The translations under genes and the position numbers were made by a program. Positions 1 through 13,076 of a DNA stretch of 64,000 bases are shown in pieces (positions within the stretch are counted from its first letter, which is position 1; every line of letters starts with the position of its first letter). The stretch comes from Gonapodya sp. JEL0774. Lineage: Eukaryota. The notes under the pieces were generated by a model that was given only the letters and a program-made list of their open reading frames with translations, had not been told where the DNA came from and ran no database searches. Location of the stretch: assembly GCA_027604505.1 (NCBI GenBank), contig JADIIX010000073.1, positions 1 through 64,000 on the forward strand, read 5' to 3'.

Positions 1-1064
1 GATGATCCATTATGTCCCTGGAATACGGCTATTTGGAACAGCCCCAAATTACAGTTCGCAATACACTGAGGCAGCTCACAAAACACTTGTGAAATCAAAG
101 TACAAGGTCACAAACAAGAGACCAGATCAGTTAAATCAGCAGGTGAGACTTCATTTTTCTCTCTCACCAGCAGCGTGAGCAACTTGATTAAGTTGTTTTT
201 GTAAAGCTCATGGATCTTGATCGGGTTTCTAATGCACTGAGGACCGCATCACAGCCAATTGTCAAGCCAGACTCTGGAAGTGTTGAATCTGAGAGTATTA
301 CTGCACTGGACACAGCACTTGATACCTTGGTAGATTTTGAAGTCGGCACCAAGCAGTTGGGAGCTCGAGTGGGCACTTTTGACATATCTCAGCTATCACA
401 GGTAGACCCAGTTTTGTCTCATATTGAGACAGAGCTGCTGCTTCGTGAGTGGTATCGTCAAGTATTGACAGGTAAGGTGTGGAATGGTCGTGGGAAAAGA
501 CCAACGGGACCAGAACTTGACAATCATCTGGTAACTTTTGAGTTTTGGTAGAAGTGGCAGACAAGAAACTAACAAAATCCATCACACAAGGTCACTGTCT
601 GGAGACGAATCTATGTGAGACATCATGCAAAGGATTCATTCTCTAAGCCAACAGAAGTGTCCATCCGTGCAACACCCAACTGGTTCAATTCTGGTGAACC
701 CCTGCACCAAGCTGCGGCAATCCAATCAGAGAGCCCCAGTAGTCCATATTTTGCAGTTGTATTGATGATTTTTACGTCTTCATTTCGAGGAGAAAAGCAT
801 GAGCTTGCATTTGTCCAATGGCTGCCGCAGGTTGGCGATGAATGTGACAACTCGGGACTCTGGAGAGTTCGAACCCGGCACCCAAAGTATACCTCAGTGA
901 TCTCAACACAATCGATTATAGGGCCAATTCACATTATTCCCAACTTCAAGGCTGGGAAAGCAGAGAACTACAATGACTTCAAGGAGTACTATGTCAACAA
1001 ATTTGTTAATCGGTCAACTTTCTTTTGGTTCCAGAAGTTAGAGAAGCTACGAGAAGTGAGGTGA
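1..1064 (+). CDS. Plavaka-family transposase, 3' part (5'-truncated by window edge, spliced)
   Basis: The frame from nt 2 reads MIHYVPGIRLFGTAPNYSSQYTEAAHKTLVKSKYKVTNKR, matching the Plavaka HY..SIR.FG...N..T..TE..H....K..Y..TN motif. The last exon has the typical C-terminal ELAFVQW...VISTQSIIGPIHIIPNF...YYVNKF block. Confidence 0.85.
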
Positions 1065-1737
1065 CAGTGTAGAGAGCGCTCTTAATGTTTGAATAAAGGC
1101 ATTTGTTCTCTTTCCATTGTGGTGGCCTGTGTGAACTCACGAGTGGTGCTGTTCGGACGGGAGGAACAAAACTACACACTCATCCGGCCTGCAGCCATTC
1201 AGCAATTGGCAAAATGGAGATCAAGATTGTGTTGCACGGCACCCTGGAATCTGAGAAGGCTCCGCTGGTTCTTTTGTTGCGAATGCCTGTTGCACTTGGT
1301 CTACCCCTTCCCCTTGCCTGCGCAATCACTGATTCGTTTTTCACTAGCTCACATGAGCTATTTCATTCTTTAGCAAACGATAAAGCCCGACGACTGCGGA
1401 TCTTGAGCAGGATTTCCATGTGTCGCGTTCGCAACTAGCAACAAGCCCGAATCCCCTTCATATCAGACGATTACCACGCGCACACAAGATCTTGAGTCGT
1501 CATCATCGGTTTTCAGTTGATGGGAAGAGATTCAATGACGTCCATCGCGAGAAATGCAGCCGGTCCGGTCCATTCGTGTACTTTGCAAGAGCCCCGATAG
1601 CGGGGGTAAAATTTTCATTGCGGTACCTGACAGTAGAGATTAAAATAAATATGTTCCCGATTTTGGAGCGGTTCTGGAGCGGGTGCCCTGATCCGGATTG
1701 GGATTGGAGCAGGAGGTGGAGCACATGGATCTTGGTG
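1..1737 (+). mobile_element. Right part of Plavaka-type DNA transposon #1
   Basis: The transposase 3' end is followed by a GGAGC/CCGGA-rich subterminal tract ending ...GGATCTTGGTG at 1737 (reverse complement begins CAC). CT and the start of element #2 follow. The left end is outside the window, so the terminus is inferred. Confidence 0.55.
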
Positions 1738-2007
1738 CTCACTGGGAAAAGTGCAACGTCCCTCCAGACCCCTCCCGAGCCCCCCGGAGCGCCCCGGAGC
1801 GTCGGATTTGACCGGCTGCGGACCCCCTTTCCGGATTTCACATGGTAAATCCGGATTGACTCATGGTGCTCTCTGGAGAGAGTCAGATACAGCTCGGTTT
1901 GGTCAGGATTTGAACATCTCACATCTGACTTTCGGACTCAAATCCAGATTATGTTCTGTATTTCCATGTATCTCTAAAGATGCGCCATGCACAATTACAT
2001 AAATGCC

Positions 2008-4382
2008 CTAGACTCCATCAAACTCAACAGTGATGGCCTGCTCCAGTTCCTCCGCCGACGGAACTACACCAGATTCCACGGAATCCTCCCCCTGTGCATC
2101 AAGCTGGGGTCCATAAGTTAGGCTGTAGATTCGGTTTTTTGCGGCGTCCGAAATTTTGGTGAATGTGCTGCGGTACTATAGTCATGACACGCTCCGTGAG
2201 CACAATGTCCCAACCGCCCGAAAACCTGAACTCACCACCTTCCATCTCAGCGCAAGAGTCCTCTGATATTTGATGTCCAGATCATTGCCCTGAAGCCATG
2301 TCTCGACCTATTGTATTAATGTGGAATTTTCGGGTCACATACTAAAATACGTTTCCCTTGGCAACCCGAATCACTCACCAAAAGTTGAGTTGTCGCAACC
2401 CCACCGGCAGACATCTCTTTCTCCCTTTGCCCTTTGTTACGGAAATTCATTACGAATTCATACGCGTTCACGAAGGCAATGCTGAAGAAAGGTCTTTCTT
2501 GGTTGTCGAAGGGATCCTGCCTGTAGAGCCAATTTGGAAACTTCTTGTTCACCCAATTTTCGAGAAGTGTTCTGATTATTTATTTGATAGCGAGCTTTAT
2601 TAGAATCGTGACTGTCCCTCGCAGTGTGGTATTTAACTCACCTGAGTTGATCACAAGACGCCCGTTTGTGTGCATTGAGTCCCTTATGCTCGCCGGTTGT
2701 CTCGAGGATAGAACTTTCGAAGTTCCAATCTGGGAATGAGCTTTTGCCAACAACGACCATCTTGAGATGTTTCTTGAGCTCGGAGTTTAGGTGGCTCCGG
2801 AAGCTTCGGCCCCATGAATGGAGCTGAGCGGAAACAAGTGTGGAGACCATCATACAGTACACAACGCGGGTTGGAATGAGACCACTTACGCATTCTCGCA
2901 GTTTGTGCACCGTAGTCACATCCAGAATGATTGTTCTGCGTTGTTTCTTCTCATATGCCAACGTAGCAATGCGAAGAGCCTCATTGGCGATGTCTAGCGG
3001 CTCCACAGACTCACTGAGCTCTTCAAACGGAATTTCGTTAGGGAAAAAGCATCTGTTGACAAGGGAACTTGCAGGTTATACGATGTTCGCGGGAACTTTC
3101 ATAAATATCAAAAAATACTTTGTAACCATCAGTCGCTGGTATTCCTGTGCGGCGTTTTCCCAGACAGTAAAAGCATGTCGATCGCTGTGCAATACATGGG
3201 AAAGCGGAAAGTTTGTTGCCGCAGATTAACACACCAGAATGCTCTTCACATACTTCGGGAGCTCATTTTTTCTCCAAGTTATAAGCTGCTTCTCATTCAA
3301 TAAGTCTGTTATCTTCTCTTTGCGAGACTTGTCTCCTTGCCTGCCTGACTCTGATTGTTGTGATCCATCTTCTGGGACGGTTTCCGTACGACTCTCTTTA
3401 TTTCCGCTTCGATGATTCGTAACCTTGGCCGAAAAAGGAGCGCTGAGTAGAACGCCGAGATCTGATTCGTTTATACGGGTGCGGGGAGATTCTGCCCGTA
3501 AGTTAGTAACAAGGGTGATCAGAAGCTCGGGAGCACGACAAGATGTACACCCAACATCCTCACCAAGAGAAGGGGAAATCTCCCTCTGGTAACTCTGTGA
3601 GTTAGCCGTTGCAGAAGCTCCAGATTGACTCTCAGCTTGGGATGAAATCGATCTTGTTCGTAATACACATGACGCCTGCCCTGCGCTAGTCGACCTTCCC
3701 GCAGGCTGAGGACAAAGCACCTGACTAACCGAGGAGTGGGCGGCCTGTGATTGTTGTGATGAGCCTGAGTTTACGTTATGAACGGTGGTGAGATCGACGG
3801 TCCGTGCACGAGTCAGGAGGCGAGCTCAAAGCAAAAATGTGCAGGACAACACACCTCGAGCCAAGTGTCTAACTGAAGATTCAATTTGAGGCAAGAGACC
3901 TGAACGACGCTGAGCAGTATCTAGTCTCTTTAATTGACAACAGATGTTAATATGTTATAGTAATGACTTTGTTGCAGAGTCCTGTCCTGGATTACGCAAT
4001 AGAGAATAGATAATTTGCTCACCGCTTGATCCCACTTCTGATAGCTATCCCTCCACGCGGGGCTCAATATTTGCTGAGTAGTAGCGTACAAGAGACCATC
4101 CACCCCTGGGTCGGTCATTTGCGAAAATGGACCGTCGTCGCCCTCCACTGTGTCCGATGTGCCCATTGATGGTGGAAATGGTTCATCCTCATCCACATTA
4201 AAGCTGCTGTTGGCGTGCGCCATTTGCCGGAGGACCTCTCTCTGCGGAAGTAGGCGCTGCCGTTTTTGGTGGGAGTCTGGCGAAGGCGGGCACTGGTTCT
4301 CTTTGTCAAAGAGACAGGAGAGGGGATCCCCAGTGTCATCAGCGTCATCCATGCTTGCCTGCCTGCGGCGACCTCTCGGCAT
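2008..4382 (-). CDS. Multi-exon hypothetical protein with Cys clusters, carried inside transposon #2 and divergent from the transposase
   Basis: Successive minus-strand ORFs (3930-4382, 3226-3720, 3038-3232, 2638-3006, 2316-2552) are followed by a last exon ending ...EELEQAITVEFDGV* at 2008. One segment is Cys-rich (CGNKLSAFPCIAQRSTCFYC...CKFPC). No family was recognised and exon joins are approximate. Confidence 0.55.
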
Positions 4383-4507
4383 TGATGAATGATGTAGTGT
4401 TGTAGGTATGTAGTAAGTTGCGGAAAACTACAGAACATGTTCGCCATATGCACGGGCCAGCCGAGCGGCAATTATCGGAACAACAGAGCGGAGATAATTT
4501 ATGAACT

Positions 4508-7500
4508 ATGACGACGTCAATAACCAAATGCAAGTTTTGCGGGAAGTCGTTTCAAAGGGGCTTCCCCTTGACGCAACATCGACGAAGAATCCCTTCCTGC
4601 CTTGCCGGATTCATTTGCGACGGTGAACTACACAGCAACCTCTCCAGCAAAATGGTTACCGCAAGCCAGACATATGAAGAAGAAGAGCAAGGTTTCCATG
4701 AAGGTGGCTCGGATATTTTTGACGATGACAGGATGTCAGGTCTTTCTGTCAGCAGTGCATCTGGTCACGACGCGGAAGACGAGCCCCTTTCACCAGAAGA
4801 GCCCCACAAAGACCCAGTGCCCCTGATTATGCCGAACGATAACGTGCGAGTAGAGTACCATCCCAATCGGGTGAAGGTTCTGGGGGCTGTCCCAGTGGAA
4901 GAGCTCAAGAGTCGGTACACTGGAAACCTTCCCAACACCCAGAGGAGGCTCCTCACCCTTTTCTCGGATGGGAAGAGGGTATCGCAGCAGTTTATGGACA
5001 ATCTTTTTAAGCTCCTTCATGACCCTGACTTTCGCATGAATGATGTCTTCACATCTTCGAACCACAAGATGGCCACTCTCGAAGAGCATGCAGACATGAC
5101 TGGGGCACCTGTGAGGACGCAAACTGATATTTTCTACATTATTATTGCTCACTTTTTGTTCTGCAGCCAATACTTACAGTGCCAATCAAACTTGACGGGC
5201 AAGTCTACCATTTCGAACACCGCTCCGCTTTCGAATCTTTTAAATACCTCCTTCAGAATCCCGCCTTCGCAAAATTTACAGCATACAAACCGCAGCAACG
5301 ATTTGTGAACGGAGAAAGAGTTGTATGTGAGATGCACGAGGGAGACTGGCACTGGGAGAACCAGGTGAGGGCAATTACAAACAGAATTGAGCTTACCCTT
5401 TCGTGATCTCTTACAAATACATTTCAGGGGAATATCGCAGACGGGGGCGCACTAGTCGGTGTAATGGCAGGATCGGATGGTACGATTATGGACGGCACAG
5501 GGCGGGTTTCGGTAGGTGTTATTTATCATTGTGACCAGCCAAACTCTATTATCAGTGCTGAGCTTGGTGGATTAGAAAGTCCCCTTCTATGTTGCTCTGA
5601 GCAATCACTCAAAGAGTTTGCGCAACGACAGAAAGTCACATGCTGTGCTGCTCGTCGGTTTCTTTCCCTATGCTCGTCTTGCTCCTGGGGAGAAACCGAA
5701 GTCTGAGTCATTCAAGAAGCGAAAGCGCTTACTGTTTCAGGCATGTCTACGTGTGTGGTGGAAGTCTCTTCAGGAACCGGGTGAAATGTACAGTGTATCG
5801 ACAATTCTTTTACTTAGTTATTCCGTCCTCACTTTTGCTTCTCAAAGTGGGATCAAGATGCCTGGGCCTGATGGTCGAATACGCCGATTCTACCCCCGCC
5901 TCTGCTGCTACATCAAAGATTATGTCGAAGCGTGAGTACATATTCGTGATCCGCGGTTTCAGAGCATGTTCCAACCAGAACATTCCTTATTCCAACCAGA
6001 TGCTTGGTTCTAGCATTGCGCACTAACCAAGCATGTCCACAATGCACAATCCTTAAAGATCAATTTGGCGACCCACCACCACTTGAAGAGATCTGCATTG
6101 AGCTCCCTGTAGAACCCGGTTTCTCATGGCCAAAGCGAGATCCCATATTGATGCAGCAGGTGAGTGGAAAGAGTATCAGGCGTTTTCCAATGTTTTATGT
6201 GTTCCTGTGTATCCAGTTGCGTGCTGAGGCGTGGGATCTCATGCGGAGGCGGAAAAGGCATCAAGCAGAGACTATCTTGAAAAATTACGGGATACACGCT
6301 GTGCCGGTGAGTCCTGCTGTCGTCCTGACTTTATTGATTCTGAGCAATCCATTTAGTGTGTACTTGAAGAGCTTCCCTGTGACGCTGCTGATGCCATGGT
6401 AGATGACCCCATGCATGACATTCCACTCGGAATGTTGGGTGCCCATTACATACCTGGTATGATTGAACTGGCAATCAAAATCCATGGGGAGTCGGTAATA
6501 AGCCGATTGAATAGCAAGTCCGTTGATATTTCATTTGCTGATCGAGTGCTTCTATTAATTGTGTTTCCTCAAGAGCAGAATAGCGGATCTCCGCCTAAGT
6601 TCGTATATACCCCACTTCTCGAATGGGTTTTTGAATGTCCTGGTAAAGCCCAAAGCAAAGGATTGGTCAAACGCTCTCAAGGTGAGAGACATGATCACTG
6701 CTGAAAGTTGCCCAACACCAGACTCACGGTGAGTCTCTATTATCATTTAGGTGATTGTTGGTGTACTTGCAGCTGACGGTACCTTTGCAGATGACCCTCG
6801 ACCTGTCCTCACCCTGCGGTATCTCGTTGAATATGAACTTATCATGACGTCTCCCGAAGTCTCAGTCAGCCAGTTGGAGCACGCCAACCGTTTGCTGGTC
6901 AAACTCCATGGTGCGGAACAGGTTTTTGTTGAAGAGCTTGGCAAAAGTTTTGATGTGAGTTACATAAACAGTGTAATTGGTCTTTTCTGCGAGTTTTACT
7001 TCCACCTAACGATATGTCCAGTTCTATAAACATCATGTTATGATGAACCACTCTGTCCCTCTCGTGCTGCGGTTTGGACCCTGTGATAATCGCAACTCGA
7101 AGACTCTTGTGGAAGCGCAACATATTCCTCTGAAAGATGCCTACCAAACTAGCAGCAAACATGCGACATCATCAAATAGTGAGGTGAGTTTGTAAATTGT
7201 GTGTTTGTTTTTAACTGAGGTCTGCCCCTAACATTTGTTTATTGCAAGTAGATCCTGCAACAGATCCGACTTGCTAATTCTGTTGTCGAGAGCCAGCGAT
7301 TGGCCTATGCAAACGTTGATGATGCAGGAACCAATATCCATGAAGTTCTCCTCTCCCGACCGCTAGAACATGTCACTGCCTTTGAAGTTGGGACCAAGAC
7401 CCTCAGATCCAGCGAAAGAAGGGAAATTCAGCTACGACGCTTGCAAGTTCAGGAGGCCGACACCTTTGGACAGTGCGATCTCGAATTGGTGCTTAGAAAA

Positions 7501-8233
7501 CACCTGTACCTTGTTGCGAACAACCGCCCGTGGATGCGGCCCAATCCTTTACCACTCCTTGATAACCATAGGGTAAGTCACAGTTTATTTTGCGCCTAGC
7601 TTCTCGCTCTTCATCGTTTCACTTGACTGAATCTTCAGGTGACACTATACCGTACCCTCATCATCACGCATCCTCCCCTATACGGTCATATGGGACCTAC
7701 CACCATCTCTATACATGCGACTCCTTGTTGGCGGGATGCAGGCCCATGGCTGCAAGATGTTGTGGTGCTTTCTCCGAACCCTGCGGAACCTGGGTTTGCC
7801 CGCGTTCTTCGTTTTTTCAAGTACCGTAGCCTTGGCACAGATCCTCGCAACTTTGCCATCATCCGCTGGTACAAATTCGTTGAAAAGGATGAGGTGAGCG
7901 GTCTCTGGATTGTACAGGAGACACCTGCAAGGGAAGTGGACATCATTTCCACGGATTCTATGTATCATTGGACCAGTGGATACAATCCCAGTATATTGGA
8001 GGAATGCTCAAAATGACATTCAAGGTGTCCCCAATCGTTTTTATTTCATTAATTTTTATTGTGACCATGATGTATATGCCTATTTTTGCAAACTGGAGAA
8101 AGTACCTTCACTTCATAGTACGGAATCGGCTGAAAGTGAATGCAGTGATGAGGATGAAGAGCACGTGACTCAAAGAAAGCGTAGAAAAAGGGCCACTTCT
8201 ATTGTAAGAGGAAAAATAGCAAAACGGTCATAA
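4508..8233 (+). CDS. Plavaka-family transposase (multi-exon) with N-terminal C2H2/C2HC-type zinc finger
   Basis: The N-terminus has CKFCGKSFQRGFPLTQHRRRIPSC. Exons carry Plavaka motifs in order: ERVVCEMHEGDWHWENQ, GALVGVMAGSDGT, PFYVALSNHSKSLRNDRKSHAVLLVGFFP, RRFYPRLCCYIKDY..CPQC, DDPMHDIPLGML, KHHVMMNH...RFGPCDNRNS...EAQH, NFAIIRWY, FYFINFYCD. Confidence 0.88.
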
Positions 8234-8496
8234 ATACGAGTTGCATTATCGTGGTGGGGAAGAACGAAGAGTAGGCAGCACAATTACAGTTTCATGGTGC
8301 CGAATCTGTAGCAACCTATATTACATGTCAGGATCCAGTCCAGTCCAGAGCGATTTATATTTTACTTCGTGATCTGGAGCAATCCATACTGGCGCGGATT
8401 GACCCGGAGAGGCTCTGTGTATCCGGAGAGGGCGGAGAGGGGTTGCACTTTTCCTGACGCTGGTTTCCAGACGACGTACACCCTCCGCAACTGATC

Positions 8497-10029
8497 TCAG
8501 CGGTGAAAGCAGCTAAGCAGTTTTCTTAGTGTGCTTCTATTTGTCCTACCACCTATACTTCCCGTTTGGAACCTACAGTCGATGGACCTGCATATTGGAG
8601 GTGCATAGGTATCACGTATCTCACGGTGAGCGGTCTTTTTCAATGGGGACATCTGCTGATCTCGTGTTGACCAGTCATTTGCCTCTCTCAGGGATGCCTC
8701 CTTGACCATTCCACCATCGCTCGCCTCTCCTCCACGAATTACCGTCTCGTCTGCAGCGACCTCTATGTCGGCCAGTGGCTCTGTTCCCTCGCGCTCTTGC
8801 GTCCGCCTCGGCCTCCATCGCACCTGGGCAAGTCCTTCACGGACCACCAAGGGATTTCCTCCTCTTCCTTTCAGTTCCACCCAATTTTTTGTTTGATATT
8901 TTGATCACTATCTGTTCTTTAGTTGTCTGGGTTTAGTACAGAAGTTTGTGTCAATTGTGTGTCCAATCCGATCCTCTTTTCTTTCACAATTGCATAACCT
9001 GGGTGAACCACGTTGAAGCTAACACAGAGTACAAGCATTAAGGCAATGTCCAAATAGTACAGGAGATTCTCATTTTTGGCGACTGGACTGTCGAGACCGC
9101 CCCAGAATTCTGTGACACGAAAAACGTTGCGTACCTAAAGGGCATGTAGCGCGTGAGCATCTACTCATATCCGGACCCACGACTCGAGAAGTGCTACACT
9201 CACCAGCATTAGTGTGCAAGTGAATAGCAAATTGTACATGAGTACCTGCCACCTTCCGGCAATGTGCTTCCCTTTTTGGTAAATACTCATTGCAAGAACC
9301 CCAAATGTGAAAATTGTGACCGCTTGGACCACAAGACCTGCAGTCATGATCTTCACTCCAGCATCGATGAGGGGAGAACCATAGTCGGGACCGACTATCA
9401 TTCCTGTCGCTCCGAGTTGCACAATGAACGAGCAGATGTCGACCGCAAGAAAAACTCTGCTGATTGTTACGTTCTTCACAAACGAATATTTGGGTCCAAG
9501 GATTGTTACTCTGCAAGAAAGAGAGTGGATCGTTAGAGATGAGTGAATGAGTGCCTTCACACTTTGCTTACATTTTGGCGAGAATAATATAGATAGCGGC
9601 CGCAAAGAATATCGGCGCGATTATGATGCAGGCGAACTGACTGGAGTACAAGCTGATATCATCAGGGTGTTCTAGGGCTATCCCAGCTGCCTGCGCTCGC
9701 AAAACAAGTCCCAGTGCTTCCACTGCATTCGTTGGCGTGTTTGCGGATTAAAGACGGAGAAACCCGTCAATGCGAACTTATCACTCACATGCACATCCCC
9801 CAGCCATTACCCACATGAACGTTACCTTCGTTCTCCATGCTTGAACGGAATGGGCCATAAAGCTTATTCCAAAAGCAACTGCGAAACAATATGCCAGGGG
9901 GATTGACGGGCTCATACGAAACGGAGTGGCGTCCCCTGCGTTTCAGAGCAATATCTCTTTATTGACAAGGCCAGAAATTTTCATTTGGCTAATTCAAAGT
10001 CACTTACAAGGATCCAGTGAACCAGACAT
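8497..10029 (-). CDS. RTA1: RTA1/RSB1-family lipid-translocating exporter (multi-exon; 3' end approximate)
   Basis: Exon ILGPKYSFVKNVTISRVFLAVDICSFIVQLGATGM...GVKIMTAGLVVQAVTIFTF is typical of RTA1. Several TM segments are present, and the ATG at 10029 is followed by a GTAAGT donor. Confidence 0.8.
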
Positions 10030-10576
10030 CTCTCGAATTTGATATTTGATTTGGTGGCAATTCCGAGAATAGTGAGACTGAATCCAATGGGACACAGAAG
10101 AAGGAGTGAAGTAGATAGATATCTATGTATTATATGAAGGGTCATTCAACCGAGGCTGATCGGAGTGCGGGGGTAATTTCATTTTCCATGTACCTTATTG
10201 GCTCCGCATAGCGCCCCCAAGGTAACTCGTCGACCACGCTTTTCAACGTATCCTGGCAGAATATTCTTCTCGCAATGGAGAAGATACATGGGGTTTTGGT
10301 CTTCGCTGCTCGCTTTCGGCATTTCCTTGGTGGCCGGCTTGATGTCGGAGTCGGGTAAACATCTAACCCCATGTCCGATCCTGGGGCTGACCGTGCGGTG
10401 CGGTCCAGCACCGCGTACAAAGAAAAGGTGCTCACCATTAGGCGATTCCGCTTTAAATTTCGTCCAAGTCTCAATCGAGTAAACATTGAATATTTATGCT
10501 GCCAATGATCTCCAGTAGCAGCAGTTGCTCTCGGGCTAACCTTTTCGACATGACTCGGGTTATTTGTCTACGTTGC

Positions 10577-12986
10577 TCACTGCTGTACTGCCCCCTGGGC
10601 CATCGCCACATCCCAGAGTATCATGGCCAACTGTGACAAGTTTCTTAAATCCTCACACACACAAACTGATCCTTGCTTGGCGGCCTGCGCATACTTCTGT
10701 CCTGTTTGAAGCTCCGTTAGCAAACTCTCTGCCAATCTCGTTCCAGCGTGCGCAACTCCAAGCCCCGAGTGGTGGGCTAATTGCGTCATTCTACCTATAA
10801 TTGCCACTACCCGGTCTTGAAGGTCACCGAGAAACATTCCGGAAACCTGAAGCTGAAACATTGCAAACAGAAGGATAAGAGATATTTGACAGAGGCTGGG
10901 AAGTGGGAAGAAGTGTCCACAGTGAGAAACATGAAGCATCTGAAAACCTAGACCTCCTACCAAAGAAATCTCACCAGAAGGACAGAAAGGGAGAGTTGCC
11001 GGCATAATTAAGTGATTTGTCAGCTGCTTTAAGTGATTCAGTCGCCTCAATCGCGTGATTAATTGACAGAAGGAATGCTGCCGACCCGCACTACTTGACA
11101 AAATTACCATTGAAAAGATCAGGCAACAAATCAATACCCATTGTACTCGGGCAACTTACCCAGTTTGTCAATGCATCCTTGATGGCAATATTTGGGACCA
11201 CATGAACCCGTTGACGATGAAGTTCTAACCCAGACGGGATTAAAAGATCCGTGGCGAGTGATGTTATGGAAGCTGTGGGGCCGTGGAGAACTGTTGCGGA
11301 AGGAAAATATTGCGGGGTTGACGTGCATGTACTGCACGACTCCATCATGTACTTACTTGCTTGCACTCCATGATAGCAGACCATAAGCTCTGCCAACGGT
11401 GCCCCAGTCCCCTTCCTCAACTCCATACAACACGCCCTCCACTGCTCTAGATCTTTCTCAATCCTCTCCATCCGTAACGCGACTTGACTCTTTGTGGGCT
11501 CTTGCAGGGATGAGCATAGCATCACACCTCGGTCCAGGCAGAACTTATGAACATCGACAGCACGGCCGCATAGATGAACAAGAGCAATTTCGAGAGATGA
11601 ATCCAACAGATGTGGGATCGTATTCTCAATAGTGAGTGTGGGTTGTGTGGACGCGGGAGAAAAAATGTCTTCCAGAGTGGGACTCCACGTTTCCTGAAAA
11701 GCTGGATGAACTAGCGACTCCCATTCCCTACGAATGCAATGCTCAATGCTGCATGCACCAATGACCTATTTTAACCGCAAAATGAACGAAACCCCACCTC
11801 GTGGTGCACGGCATCCTGACTGTTCCACATTCCTCGTCTCCCAGCATTTTCGCCCTATTGCTCCCGGCTGCAATGATTCGGTCAAACACATATGTGGTCC
11901 AAAAAAGCCTTCTCCGTGTTTCACAAGCAACCCAGGAGGATCTGTTGGGGGACTGGATACCAGATTCGGTGTGGCCGCCAGAAAACCGAATAATGCCAAC
12001 TGCATCAACCAGAGATGCGAATGCTGGAATCCACTGCAACGCTGGTTTCTGAAGAGGAGATCCAACACGAAAATGAAATGATGTTCTCACCATGAAGCTT
12101 GCAAGTTCGTACATGAAAGCATGGAGGAGCCCAGTAAGTGTTGATCCAGACCTTGTGCTGTCTAGGGCCAACATTTTCCGAAGCCTTGGGTAGAAGACAC
12201 TCTTGCTCAAATGCTGAACCTCGCTCGATTCATGCAGACATGCAGATAGTGCGAACATTCCAAATACTGCCATTTGGTGGGATTGACGGTCAGAGAGAAA
12301 TGTTGCACGATGAATGATCGGTATATTGCGGGCGACACGAAAAAAGTAGAGTGATACAAGGGAATTGGTGACTTCTGAAGATGGCAAGGGATCGAACTGG
12401 GGCATCCAAGGATCAATGACGGCGCTGAGAGAACAATTTGAGATGGTGGACCCGCTTGTTCAACTCACACAATCGAACACTGACACCTCCCTCACTATTC
12501 GCGTTTCAAGTCCGAGCAATTCCAAAATACTTGCATGGTTTGTTCCACAGTGCCCGCTTGGCGTTCTCTCAGGGTCGCCATCGTTGAGGTAACTGCCTTC
12601 CAAAGACATCACAGAATGCCCACCCGAGTCTTGTGTCGCCTCAAGACCCACAACATTCAGTTCAGCCAACTTTGAGGGGGGCAGAAGAGCTGCTTCGAGT
12701 TTCCGGATTCTTGCAATCGTTTCCTTTCTTTCCCGCACTCGTCGTTCCCTCACCCTCGGCCGATTTGCGGGAGGGGCGTAATGACATGGGACATCGGAGC
12801 GCGCGCAGCGATAGCAGGGCTGTAGAAGCAAAGTGAACTTAGGCACTTGTGTATTGGAGTCCAGATAGTCCTCACCGTCCCTCCGTCACACTTTTGCTTT
12901 CGATCAACGCATCTCGAGCAAGCTTTCCTCGAGCCATTGGGGAGAGTATATCCAGCACCCAGCAGAAGACCTGAAGAAGGATCCAT
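10577..12986 (-). CDS. Zn(II)2Cys6 fungal transcription factor with fungal-specific TF middle domain (3' end approximate)
   Basis: ACSRCVDRKQKCDGGT-[intron]-PCYRCARSDVPCHY forms the binuclear cluster. LVSLYF...IPIIHRATF and ETRRRLFWTTYVFDR are Fungal_trans motifs. Confidence 0.9.
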
Positions 12987-13076
12987 AGGAGGACGAGAAT
13001 TGGGAGATGCCAGCTCAAACAAAAATAATGCCAGGTCTTCTCCTTGTGAACGCAGACATTGGCTGCAGTGCAAGCC

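Larger units (their letters stand above)
1740..8459 (+). mobile_element. Apparently complete Plavaka-type (CMC/CACTA-related) DNA transposon #2, ~6.7 kb
   Basis: The left end is CACTG-GGAAAAGTGCAAC (1740-1757) and the right end is GTTGCACTTTTCC-TGACG (8442-8459), a perfect 13-bp inverted core. CT flanks both sides (1738-1739, 8460-8461). Subtermini are CCGGA-rich and a Plavaka transposase lies inside. Confidence 0.8.
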
